From Camelus dromedarius (taxonomy: Eukaryota): DNA of 64,000 nucleotides. Of this stretch, positions 11,791-24,900 are shown piece by piece (position 1 is the first letter of the stretch; each line of letters starts with the position of its first letter). The stretch is from assembly GCF_036321535.1 (NCBI RefSeq), contig NC_087436.1, positions 11,346,001 through 11,410,000 of the forward strand, read 5' to 3'. The position numbers were made by a program, and so were the translations under genes. The notes beneath the pieces were generated by a model. That model ran no database searches. It saw only the letters and a list, made by a program, of their open reading frames with translations, and was not told where the DNA came from.

Positions 11791-12819
11791 ACTGCCAGGG
11801 GCAAGCAGAGTAGGGCGGGGGCTGCACTTGCCTGCAGGGCGCGTCCAGAGCAGACATTCAGTCCCCGCCCTGCTGGGTGATTCCGCCCGCAGGAGGCCCC
11901 AGCAGATGACACGGGTAGGTCACACAGCAGGGGAGGATCCTGGGTTAAAAGAGGATGTTTTTGCTTTTTTCTGACAGGAGGAGCACTGAGAGGCGAGATT
12001 CTCTGAATGAAAATTGGATATGTGAAAAAAGAGTTATTTTTGGAGTAAAACCAGGAGGGATGGCACATCGGAGAGCTCGCGGACGCTCAGGTGTCAGCCA
12101 CTCTGAAGACTTCAGCCGCCGTCTCTCTCTTAAAGGGTCTGGAGTCCGTGTTTGTAGCTTCAGCCTCAGTAAATCCAAGTGCAAACTAGGTCCTTCTGTT
12201 TCTTCGAGGACCAGACACGCCTTGTGCTTAAACTGCACTCACTTCCCCTCAGTTCTGCCCTGGTCCCGCGCTGTCACCTACGTGGCTGAAGCTCTTGCCT
12301 TGGGGTCCCTCTCCACCCTTTACTGAACTCCTGGGTGCACTTCCCACCTCGTCCACCAGGCGGCCTCAGGGCACCATGGGTCCAGCGGGAGCCTCCTGCT
12401 GCCCAGTCTGTATCCACTGGCTGCTGTATCCACCTCTTATCCACCAAGATTAGGGTGCAGCCCGGAGAGCTGTTCAAAAGTCCCTGCTGCTCTCGGGGTC
12501 CCTCTGCCTGAAATCCGCCACTGGCTCCCACTGTTCTCAGGGTCCAAATCTGAAATTCCTCTCACGGCCCCTGGCCAGCTGTCTCTCGCCTCACATACTG
12601 GTTTCAGGGGAGTAAATCTCGGTGCCCTCATTTCGGGGAAAATAATGTCACCATAACTTCTCAGTTTGCCAAAGCACACAGGCCTTTGAGGGGAAACCTC
12701 TGACTCCTGAATTACTTCTCCCCACACTCTGAACCCCACGGAAAGGAGTTGCCACGGCCCCCAAGTAGTTGGACTTCTCAGCCAAGCTCCCTCCTGATCT
12801 TCCCATTTGATCTCTCTCT

Positions 12820-13420
12820 CTCTTTTTTAAATGAAGTATAGGCAGTTACAATGTATCAATTTCTGGTGTACAGCATAACCTCTCAGTCATGCATATATGC
12901 ATGTATTCATTTTTATATTATTTTTCATTAATGGTTATTACAATATACTAAATATAGTTCCCTGTGCTATAGAGAAGAAATTTATTTTATTCATTTTTAT
13001 ATATAGTGCTTATCATTTGCAAATCTCAAACACCCAAATTTATCCTTTCCTGCCCCATTCCCCGGTAACCACAAAGCCACAGGATTGTTTTCTATGTCTG
13101 TGAGTCTGTTTCTTTGGTAGATAAGATCATTAATGTTCTCTTTTCTTTTTCTTCTTGTTTTTAGATTTATACTTATGAGTGATATCCTGTATTTTTCTTT
13201 TTCTGGCTTATTTTACGTAGAATGACAATCTTAAGCTCCCTTCATGTTGCTGCAAATGGCATTATTTTAATCTTTTTATGGCTGAGTAGTATTCCATTGT
13301 ATAAACATACCACAGCTTCTTTATCAGGTCCTCTGTTGATGGACATTTAGGTTGTTTCCATGTCTTAACTATTGTAAACAGTGCTGCTGTGAACATTGGG
13401 GTGCAGGTATCTTTTTCATT
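12820..13420 (-). mobile_element. LINE-1 3' end fragment
   Basis: Antisense L1 3'UTR motifs (TTTATGGCTGAGTAGTATTCCATTGT, GATGGACATTTAGGTTGTTTCCATGTC, GCTGCTGTGAACATTGGGGTGCAGGTATC). Confidence 0.8.
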
Positions 13421-13489
13421 TTGAGTGAATTTCTTTGTCAAATACTTTGTTGAGCATAATTTCTAAGCTGGTGGTTGTAGGGTGCCCCG

Positions 13490-13600
13490 GAGAGGGACAG
13501 GGACAGCCCAGTGGTAGAGCACGTGCTTAGCATGCACAAGGTCCTGGGTTCAATCCTTGGTACCTCCACTAAAAAAAGAAGATAAACATAAAATTTAAAC
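13490..13600 (+). mobile_element. tRNA-derived SINE (camelid vic-1 type)
   Basis: A/B-box tRNA-like head CAGTGGTAGAGCACGTGCTTAGCATGCACAAGGTCCTGGGTTCAATCC followed by an A-rich tail. Confidence 0.75.
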
Positions 13601-16600
13601 AAGACACTGTGACCAAGGAAAAAGCTGTCACAGAACTTCCAGTTTCACAGGTGAGAGGATAACGACGACCACCAGATTCAGGAGTCAGTGCGAGGGGCTG
13701 GCAGGGGGTGCTGGGGCTTCCCAAGGGCCCTGCCCCTGCAGCCTGCGGGCTGTTAAGTGAAGGAGAGTTACTGAGAGGGAACAAGGCCGCGCTGCGCACG
13801 GGTCTGAGCATTCCCGGCTGGGAGCGAGGATTTACTACGACCCTTTCACACGCAGTTACACGACTGGGACCAGGCTCAGCTGCCTTACTCCCCGGAGAAG
13901 AGGGGCAGGGGCTCCTCCGCCCCCTGAAAGTCGTTGCCGGTTGTGAGTGGAGGACAGTAATCGTGTTGACACGTAGAGTGTCTCTGGCCCAATAACCAGA
14001 AGTTCAGTAAATATTTCAGGTGAGAATGTGTGCAAAGTGCGTACAATCACACGAAGCGCTCCTTTTCTGAGTGCCGTTACTGCACTGTTAGGATTAATAT
14101 TATTTCTAGTATTATTTTATTTGACGACAGGAGAAGAAAGATGTAAAAACGTATTGGAAGACCAACAGGGGGCGATAATCAGCCATAAACCTACACTTTG
14201 ATACATCAGGATTCATGTTCTCAGCTGTGTGCTCTCAGAAATGTTCCTATATCCACATCTTTATGTTTTCATGTGACAGATTATTTAGCATAAATTGCAG
14301 TATATTTTACATACAGTTCCTTAACCCGGTTCCCTCCACTTACCATTATATTAAATGGCATCCTTTATTGTCATAAAATCCTTCTATAATAGGAATTATA
14401 TATTTTTGAAGTAATATATATTGGTAATATGTATAAAGGACCAAAAAAGAAGTCTACCAATGCCACCAATAATTTCTGTGAATGGCTTAATTTAAGCATT
14501 TTTGTAAAATATATACTGTACTCTCACGGACAATTTCTACTGTATTTATGTATGTTCACATCAGCATCAGATAGCTACTAAGTGTCCATGATGTTCAGGG
14601 AAACTGCAGTGACCACAACCAAGTTTCTGGTCTCCTAGAGCAGTGCGGATGGAAACCAAAATTGCAAGTCTTGTGCATATATTCAGGGTAGAAAAAAGTT
14701 TTAACACTTTTCCTAACATCTGACCAGTACAAACATAATGTGTCAGGTGAAGACAGTGGACATAAAGAAAAATGAGACAGGACATTGGTTCAAACCCCTT
14801 GGAAATCATTTGGCTCTTTCTACTTAAGCTGGGTGTGCAAGTACCTACCCTACGTATGGCTCAGCAATTCCACTCCCAGGATTTACATGTGGAAACGTGG
14901 CCCGTAAGCAAGAATTCTCATAGCAGCAAAAAACCCACAGGGCAAATCGGGAAACAACCCAGGGATTCAGCAACAGAAAGACATACTGAACAGCGGTGCA
15001 GGCACACAGGCGAGCACTACTCACCAAGGAAAAGGATCTGAAACATGGAAATAAGAATGAACCCACCACCCATCATATTCAGCACAAGATCCCAGAAATA
15101 AAATAAAACACCCTGTATGTTTCCCCTCATATGAAGGTCACAACCAGGCCAGACCAGTGTGTGCTTCAGCAGCAGGTGGTGGTTATCTTTGGGGAGGAGG
15201 GTGGAGACAGTGATGGAGAGTGGGGGTGGGGGTGGGGGAGGCAGCAGGTACTGTTTTGTGGGTGGACTTGGTGGAGGTTTCAGGGCTGTGTTTGCTTTGT
15301 AATCCTGCATCAGGTGATGCAAAAGCATCAGTGTGTGTCTGTCTGTGTGGTCTCCATCCGTAAAGGTTTACTTAAAAAAAGAAACTGCTTCTGGTACGTT
15401 TCCACAAATGGGCCAGGGAACCTGCATTTGCACCAAGCATTCTGGTGCCCGCCAGCAACTGGAAACCCGTGAAAGGGACTGACTTCCAAGTGCAGTGAGA
15501 GGAAACCGCGATAAGACTCCTGGACGCTCACTGACTGACTGTGTGACCAAAGATGTGGGTCACAGTGGGGCCTCACGTAGCCTTCCTTCCAGCCCAACCT
15601 CTAAGCTGCCCAGCGCACCCTGCCCGCTGCCCCGTCCCCGGTGGCAGGGCAAGTGGTCAGTGTGGGAGTGGACACTGGAAGGAGAGTCTGGGCTGGAGCC
15701 CAGGATCTGCTGGTGGTCAGCTGTGAGCTGTGAGCTGTGAGCTCCAGAGCCTGGTGAGCTCAGCACCGAGCCTCGAGTCCCTCCCCTGCACAGGGAGTGA
15801 GTGGAGACCCTCTTCCCAGGGCAGTGACAGGGCTCACAGCAGTCAGAGCACAGACAGGGCGGATGAGGGGCCCCTGTCAGGAGGGGACTGTCATCGCCCC
15901 TGAGCAGGTGCACTTCTGAGGCTCTGCTGAGAAGCTCAGATCTGGATAGAAACTTCTGGATAGGATCCCTCACTTACTTTAGTCTGAGTCCCTACTAGCA
16001 GTTCAGTGCCTTGCACATTTCGAGGGACACAATGTAGATTTTCCAGCAAGTGGGGGGCAGACCTGAGTTGGACCTCCTCACCCTGAGAGAACTGATGGGA
16101 ACACTGAGTTGTTCGACTTTGGTGGCATCGGGAATGACCACTCTGAGTTCCAGGCATCGACCCCACGCCCATGATCCAGTTCCCACTCTCCTCACACTTC
16201 CGGTCCTACCTTTCCACCCAGATGGTTCCTCGTGGGGACTCTGCCTCCTCCACTGACATGTCATGACCTGAGGATGCAGGACCTGGACCTTGTCACCCAG
16301 TCTCAGCGACTCTCTCAGTAGCTGTTTCTCGTTGGCTTATCTTCCTGACGGCGCTGTGCCTGTGGTCCCCAGGGTCTGCCCTGGGCTCACTGTCACCTTC
16401 CAGCAGGTCCCTCCACCTGTGCTCTGCCCCACAGGCTGCTGTGCACGGAGACAAGCACTTCTCATCCCTGCCCAGAGACCCTTAGGAGTGGGAGCCTGGA
16501 CGAGAAACGCCCGCCCTGCCCCCCCGGAGCGGGAGCTGCCTGGCACCCTCCGCTCCATCCTGCGGGTCTCCTGGGGACGTCCACAATGTCACAGAGCAGC

Positions 16601-18574
16601 ACCGTCGTCCCTTACGGCCACTCTGTGACTCTGGTGGACAAGATGAAACAAGAGCACTCTAGACCCAAGTCCAGGCGCAGACAAAACATGAATATTCCTC
16701 AAACCACAGAAATGACCCAACACCCAGGACAGACCCCCCTGTCCTGGCCCACAGGAGTGACGGCTGTGACTTTGCCCGTCCGTCACAGCGTCAGCCTCTA
16801 GCCTTCCTTCCTTCTGCAGGAGGTTTAGCAAGACACCCAATCATAGAATGACATCTCCTCCTGGCAGCATCCTGTCACGGCAGCGTCCCTAACCCTTCCC
16901 CAAGTCACATAACAGACCCAAATCCTAACATAACGCTTTCTAACACCCCCCTCCTGTGGTGCTCTAGAATTCCCCATGGGGTCTGTTCTCCGTTGCCCAC
17001 AGCAGTGAACCAGGTGCTCAAATGCAGGCGATTCCTGGTCGTTTGGCTTAAGAGTGCTGACAGGGACGGAGGAGAGATAGAACTTGTGGGAAGGGAGGGC
17101 AGAGCCAGGGTTCCCTCCGTGCAGGGGGAGGGCCTGGGGCAGGTGGGCGGGTGGTGAAGGAAGACAAGATTCTGCTGCGTCCACAGTCACTGCCGTCCAG
17201 CCAGGGCCCCAGCCCTGCTCCACATGCTGAGTGGCAGGGCTGGTCCAGGGGGAGGCAAGCCAGGGACTCAGCCCAGGAGCACAATTGGAAGGGTGCCGAA
17301 ACACTCAGGAATCAAGACCGATACTTCGGAATATTTTTAAAAATCAAAATCAATGTAAAAGATCCATGATGAACAAAATGTCAAAATCTTATATAAAGAC
17401 AGGATCAGCATTACTAACTTTTCCTTCATACGTGCTTCCTCACCAAGCTCATGAGGAACTAATCATGTATCACTGATACCTGATACAATTTGTCACATTT
17501 GATTCAATATTTAATATTCAGAAAAATTTAGTATTACAGACAATTCTGAGGTACCACAGTCCATTCCTCATTCTCATTCCTTATGCAGCTGAGTTTAGTT
17601 TGTACCTCTCAGTCCACTGTAAAACTAATTATCATGAAAAATCTCAGAGATACAGAGAAGCAGAGAAGCGTGTATTAAAAAAAAATTTCCATCAACTCAC
17701 ATTCAACATTTATTAAAGTTTCATTAATTCATTTTCTTTTCTTCCCTTTTTGGTTACTCTCATTACACACCTGTCTCCCTCAACCCAACTAAAATATGGA
17801 CATTTTAAAATAAAGCCTCTACAGTACCTAGAAAACAAGTCACACCCCCTTAATAGCATTTACTATCTAATATGGATTCAAAATTCCCCAGTTGGCTCAT
17901 GAATATCTTTTTAAAGTTGGTTTCCTCAAATCAGGATGCTAAGAAGTTTCATGTTTGACATGTACAAATTTTTTTCAGTTTCAACTCTCTCTGTCTTTTT
18001 TTTTTTTTTTTTTTTTTTTCATTTTAACCCCATCATTTACCTGTTGAGGAGACCAGGTCATTGTTCGACAGTATTTCCCACATTTTGTGCTGTTTCTTTT
18101 AAGTTCATTAACTTATTCCTCCTCTACTGCCTCCATTTACCATAAACTGAGAGGACGCTACAAAGGCTCCTGAATTCAGGCTCAACGTCCTGTGGCCAGG
18201 AGAATTCAGAGGCGATGCAGTCTAGCTCCACAGACGTCAACTACGCGAGCACGGAACCGGGAGCGGCCCGCTGGGGATGCTGTGATTGGTGGGGGAGGTC
18301 GCCGAGGCCTGAGAGCCTGGGTGTCACGTCCCCGCCAGAGCGGCTACCAGCTCAGGACGCTGATGCTGGAAGAGGCCCAGGCACTGAGAGAAAGAAGCCA
18401 AGCTCTCATTATTTGCAAAAGATATGACTGTCTTTTAGGAAACTCGAAGAAACTGAAGAAAAATTGTAAAGGCTTCAGGGGATTATGGCAAGGTTATTTT
18501 GTAAAAAATCAATACATATATATTTTTTAAGTATATCAACATGTGAGCAACAAACAGGAAAATGTAGTGCTGAA

Positions 18575-18845
18575 AGTGAATCTCTTCCTCACAAATACAG
18601 AGAACAAACTAGTGGTCACAGTGGGGAGAGGGAAGGGGGAGGGGTGCGAAGGGGGAGGCGGAAAGAGGTACAAGCTCTGATGGATAAAAGAAGCTGCAAG
18701 TATAAACAGTACAACTCGGGAAACATAGCCAACATTATATAGTAACTACAAAAGGAGTCCAACCGTTGAAAATTGTGAATCACTATATTGTGCAGCCATC
18801 ACTTACACAATATTGTGCAGCAGCTCCACTTCGGTAAAGAAAAAG
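18575..18845 (+). mobile_element. LINE-1 3' end fragment
   Basis: CTCACAAATACAGAGAACAAACTAGTGGT...AAAATTGTGAATCACTATATTGT, typical of an L1 3'UTR. Confidence 0.65.
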
Positions 18846-20439
18846 GAGTCAAAAGTGAATCTTTTACAACTGCATCAAAATGTAAAATAGGTTTTAATGA
18901 GTCTAAACATGAAAAGCAAAAGTTTCATGAACAAAATCATAAACATTCAGCTGAAGAGATTAAAGAAGACACTTACAAATGTAAAAATACAGCAAAACCC
19001 CACGCATTGGATGATTCAGCGTAAGTTTCAGTTCTCTCCAGTTTGGAGTGCAGCATCCATGAAATCCCCAATAAAATCCACAAGGACCTTGTGTTAATAA
19101 TCAAACATGGTTTTAATTGCTAAACTGATAGCCGTATTCAGCGATAAACTAGGGGACAAATCATCAGGGGAACATTATTTTAGAGGAGAGGGTAGCCTAT
19201 GGGGGAGCCTCAGGAAAGATGGGTTCCACTTACACAATGTTCTTAGTGTTGGCAACACGTTTTACCAACGCAGTGCAATGAAGGAGAAAAATAAGTGCAA
19301 AATAGGAAGTTGAAGATGCCACAAATTGCCCTCGCTTGCAGATACACACAGGGGAGTGTTCTGTACAAAGTGGACACCACGCAAGCGCTGAGTTTTGTGT
19401 GTACAGACTACTTGGGAAGGTTCATCAAAAAGCCATTAATCAGGATTCGTCTAGAAAGGGAAACAGAGGGAGGAGGCCACCATGTGATGCTTCCACCTGG
19501 GGAGACTTTTCTGGCATCGGCACCATCTCATTGTTCCCTGAAACACTTTTAAGCAGGATGGCTCTGGAGTGCAGGCCTGTGTGCTCCTGAGTGAGAAAAC
19601 CTTCCTGCTGTCCTCGGAGTGGACGGCTGTCCTCGTGGACACCAGGGGAACCTTCCCTCTGGGCCCATCGCCCTCCATGGGGACCACAGCTGCCTGCCTG
19701 TGGGGAAGGTGCTGGGATCCTCGGGTCCCAGGCTGCGGGTCAGAGTTCATGGACAGGAGCGCTCGACAGGTGTGACGGTGACACAGGAGGGACTGGGCTG
19801 TCAGGGAGGGGACGGCCTGGAGGCGACCCTGCTACAGTAACTTAAGTCTTCTAGGAACACAGAGATTTGAGAAGGGTCAGATCCGGAGGCGGACACTCAG
19901 GATTACTGAGGAACCCACAGAACGTCAGCGTCACCAGTGGGACTTCTTTAAACTACATTCAAGGCCTCCCCAAGGAAAACTTCTGATTCACTGCATCCAG
20001 GGCCTCCTGCTCCCCTGCCTGTGCTGGTGATGCTCCGGCATAGCCCCTCCCCCACCGGCTCCAACACCCCCCAGATTGCCCACCGCCTGAAGGGGAGGGG
20101 CTGCTCCTGAGAGCTTGTCAGCTGCCTGAGGGTCTGCCACGTGGACAACTGCAGAAAGCCCTTGGAAATGCACAAAGCAGAGGTGACGCCAGACTCCAGA
20201 AACACCTCTTTCCAGGGGCAGATGGAATTCCAACAAGCTCTGAAGGGACAGGCCAAGACTGCTGAGCAATTTCACTGGAGAGAAGCAAAGCGAGGACTTT
20301 CCAAAGTATTGGATGGTGTCATAAACTTGATCTCTGATGAAATTAGCTAGAGGGGATTAAGGTGGGTGTGTCTTATCCTACACTGGATAGAAGATGCAAT
20401 CAGAGGAGGATGGGAGGTTCCCAAGGCTGACTGCATCCG

Positions 20440-20700
20440 AGCTCTGTCCAATGGGAGTGAAGGAGAGGACCCTCCCTCCAGGCATTTATAAAGCCCAAGG
20501 GGACACATTCTGGCCCCAGTAGTGAACTGAGAACCCGGGCTGTGTCGAGTGCTCAGACTGCATGGAGGAAGGTCATCTGCTCTGAGAGGAAGAGAGGAGA
20601 CCAGAGTCCCAGTGTGGGGAGTGGAAGGCACGCCGGGGCCTTGAGGACACAGCGCAGCTCCCCCAGCACAGAGCCAGGACCCAGGAGCTGGGCAGGTGAG
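20440..20700 (+). promoter_or_regulatory. Candidate promoter and non-coding exon 1 for TRIM paralog A
   Basis: CCAAT (20448-20452), TATAAA (20487-20492) and donor CAG|GTGAGC at 20695/20696. A candidate acceptor TTCTTTCCCCCGTGTTAG| lies at 28675, upstream of the 29077 ATG. Confidence 0.4.
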
Positions 20701-21944
20701 CGCGACTCCGGGGGGGACAGAATTCCCCGGGGGCCTGAGTGGGGACAACTGAGCTGCCCAGGGTGCTGGGTGATCCCACTGTGGTGTGGGGGGATGCCGG
20801 CCAAGCTGGGGTGGCCTGGGAGGTCTGAGGGTGGGAGGTGCTTACTGGATTCGTTAACAACAGACTCCTGCCAGCTGAGTGGGTGATTCCCTGTGTGCAG
20901 AGGAGGACTGGGTTGGGGGAGGGAAGCTCCAGCTGTGGGTGTGGTTGTGGCCTGACCTCTGCCTCTCACCTGGACCACACCTGCGGGAGCCGTGGGCCAC
21001 TCCCAGGGCCTCCTGCCTGGGGAGCCCTTGTGCCAGGCACCGTGCTCACTGCTGTTCTATTTTCTTTCTCAATATGTGGACTCACTACTTAAGGTTTTAT
21101 GTACCTACATGTGTGGTCACTTTATGGAACAGAAATACTTGCTGGCTTTTTCATAAGGACATATACACACAGTTTCCTTTTATGTTGTAATCAACTTCCT
21201 GGAATTTCTTTTGGTGATAATCACACTGGATTTTAGGTCTTCCAGGGAATTCAACATGATTTTGTTGACTGTTAATGTAGTTTTGAGAACTGTGTTGAGA
21301 ATAGTCAGGAAATCTATAATTCAGCAACCCAAATGAGGACCAGAAGTGATACAAACACCCTGAAATTCTGTGTCACACCAGTTTCTTGCTGTTCAAAACC
21401 AAACTATTCCAGGAGGCCTTGTCATATCTGTACTTAGGCCCACACACAAATGAGAGGGAAGATGAGGACAGTTCCCCATCTTCCCTGTGTCCCTGAAAGG
21501 GTGGGGGACCCAGGAAGCGCCCTGAATGGCCCCGGCTCTGAGACCAGGCCTGGACGCTGCCCCCCAGCACCCGAGCACATGGACCCTCTGCTGCCTCCAT
21601 CTCCCTTCAGTCTCAACCTGGGAGATTTGGGGAGGTTAGTGGAGTGGGCGGGGGAGGCAAGGGGGTTGCAATGGGAGGAGAGCCGGGCAGATGTGAATCA
21701 GCTGTGAGAAACAGGAGACGGATCCTCAAGGATCAGAGATCCCCGACATGGAAGGGAAGCTCAAAAAGGAGGGGAGAGGGACGTGGAAGCCAACCCCTGG
21801 CATCTGAAGATTCATCTGTGAAGATGTCCTTATGTGTCACCTGGAAGATATTTTTCAATGAAGGTGTCTAATACCGTGGTTACCACTTAAGATAATTATC
21901 TAATATTTTTATAGCATCAGATAGACACCTTCCAAAATGGAGTT

Positions 21945-24900
21945 GTTACTGGACCCTTTCCAGATTCTTGGAGAGCAATGCCATAAAAATGAATATCATT
22001 TCCACAAGACTCTTAGACAAGCAAAGGTTTTTATTATAAGTGATCACTTCTGCACAAGGGAGAAGGCAGGGAAAGCGTGTCTACTCTGGTAGGAGAAGGG
22101 GTAAGAGTTGGTTTTATAACAAAATGGGTGGGGGCTGTCTCATGATCAGTGATAGTTTCCAGAAATAATCAAAGCTATTTGCTCAGCAGTAGGTGGCTCC
22201 TGGAGACCATCAGGACCAGGGAGCACTTCTGGGAGGGGAAAGGAATGCGTCAGAACGTTCTCCAAGAAAACACAGCAGACAAGGTTAGAAGTTGCAGTTG
22301 AGCTTCTGGTCTTGTGGCAGTTAGGTACACTCCTGAGTGTCACTGAGATAAGGTTAATCTTTTAATCCTTTTTTTCTTCTTTTGGGACTCATGCCCCAGG
22401 GCTTTTGATTTTTAGCCTGCAAAGTGGGTTTTTCCAAGACCAATCTGGGGTCCTTTTCCAAAACTGCTGTGCTCTGACTTCCTGTCTCTTTCCCCACAGA
22501 CTTTATGTCCCGTCATTTTTGTTTTCATTCTTAAACTGTATTTATGTATTTATTTTACAATATCATATTTTTAAATTGAAGTATAGCTGATGTACGACAT
22601 TATATGTTACAGGTATACAGTGTAGTAATTCACAAGTTTTAAAGGTTATACCCCATTTGTAGTTATTATGAAATATTGGCTGTGTTCCCCATGTTATACA
22701 GCACAGCCTTGAGGCTTATTTTACACCTGATACTCTGTACCCCTCAATCCTCCACCTCCATCTTGCCCCTCCCCCTTCCCTCTCCCCACTGGTAACCACT
22801 AGTTTCTTCTCTACATCTGTGAGTCTGTTTCTTTTCTGTTATATTCACTAGTTTCCTGTATGTTTTTAGATTCCACATGTAAGTGGTATCTTACACTATG
22901 TGTCTCTATGTCCCCTCATTCTTAAGGGATCGTTGGAGGCCGCAGGTGGGTCTTCTGCAGTGGCATCAAGGCTGACTTAGGGCCTGGATGCTACCTGACA
23001 GGAAGCAGACAAGTCTCAAACTACCTGGCTTGGATGAGGCCGGGGCTGGGCCACATAGAATATTTGAAATCTCCTGGGATTCTTTGGTAAAACAGGCCTT
23101 GTCTATATCCTATACAACATTTACACCTAGCTCTACAAACCAGGGCAACTACACAGAAGACAAGAATCCTAAGTTCAGGTCCCACTGACACGGCTCCTCG
23201 AGTCAGAACACAGCCACCCAGAGGGTCCCCTGCCAGCACTGTCGTGCTCTTTAGTGAGGCCAGTTACATGCTTTCCCCCTTGATTTACTGTAAACAAGTG
23301 GTATTTCTTGTGTTATTTCTGAACAGTGGTGGTGTTTCTTGGACTAACAACCTGAAGTGTTTTTCTGGCCATTGAGCCTCCATTAGACTGATTTCCAGAA
23401 GTAGAGACAAACTGGTTTCTAGAAATAGCTTGTCTTTCAGCATCTAGGCTGTTAAAAGTCTTACTCACTTGGAACAAAAAAGGTTTCTCGTGGGCTGAGT
23501 GCTGTAGCAGATTCTTGTCCTTCTGACATTAACAGTTTTATTTTTATAAGTCAGAGAGCACCACGGTTTCACTGAGCCTGCCTTCCTAGCATAACTGTTC
23601 TTTCCCCATCACCAGATAGCGTTTCGTACTGGAGTCTCCACGATGGGCCAGGCTGGAGTGTCCTCTGAGCCCTACTGTGTTTAGGGTACCAAATACTGCT
23701 TTTCAGGGTGGAGCTGAGCACTGACTGGCATCCAGATTTGGGGTTCAGTCTTACCTAACAGAAGCCAGGGGCTCCCCATGGGGAGTATGCATTGTTTTTG
23801 AACTGTATTTCCTGTTTCAACCAACAGTACCACTGGGTATAGCTGCTTTTAACTAATTCAGGGAACTGAATTACTCAGGGCACAAAAATGAAGGTTCCAG
23901 TTACCAGTTATCCCATAGTCTTGGGGGACAGTAAGTCTCCTAGGTGAGTCTCTGGCCTTCCGAGACTGGTAGGGTGGGCCATTGTTTGGGTGTCACTTCT
24001 GATTTTATAGGTACCTTGTGGCCATAAGGTTGCAGTTGGCAGTTGCTAGCAGATACTGTTCTGAGAACAGTTGGTGGTGTCCTTAAATGTGCTGTAGCTG
24101 AGAAATTCAGATTCTCGGTAACACCAGGAATGTGTGTGAGACCTCGTCCACAATGGCCATCCAGCTCTATTTTGAATGTTTTAGCCACAGTTACTCTGCT
24201 TTAATTTTTAAATGTACTTTTTCTTTAAATGGTTAAAGCAGATGTACAATGCATGTTTAATTGGCCACAAACAAACTGTTTTGGATAGTCTAAAGTGACA
24301 AAAGATTTTAAAAGCAATTATAGATCACTTAAAGGCAAAGTAATTGACAAAATCTGTTATCAAAAGCAGTATTCTAATAAAACTTTGTTCTTTTAACAGA
24401 AAGATAAAACCAAACTCCAGTCTTCTATCAGCTTACTTTTAAGAACACATTTCATTTACCTAATTAAATGCAATCGAATCTTAACCAACGTTGACCATGT
24501 ACAGAACTCTTCTCTCAAGGCTCCTTTTCCACACGCTTTCCATCACTTTTATCCACCTTTAGGATAAAACTATTCCCCTCTTTTTCTCCAACAAATGTAT
24601 TTCCACTTTTCACATCTTCTACCATCAACAATGTATTTCCTACTTTTTTACACACTGAAATGCTTCCTTTATTGTTTTAGTAACTTCAATTACACATTAT
24701 AATTTTTGACCCTTAAAAAAAACACCTTAATCTCTAGTGAAAACCAAGAAGCAAGCAAATGCAACCTGTTTGTCCTGCCAGAATTTCCTGATTAGCAAAC
24801 AACATATTCCATAACCTCTAAAAACATACTTTTATTTCATAGCATAATTTCCCTTTTTAATGTGGTACCAGTTGCGTGTCTAATAAACCCAAACATCTTT

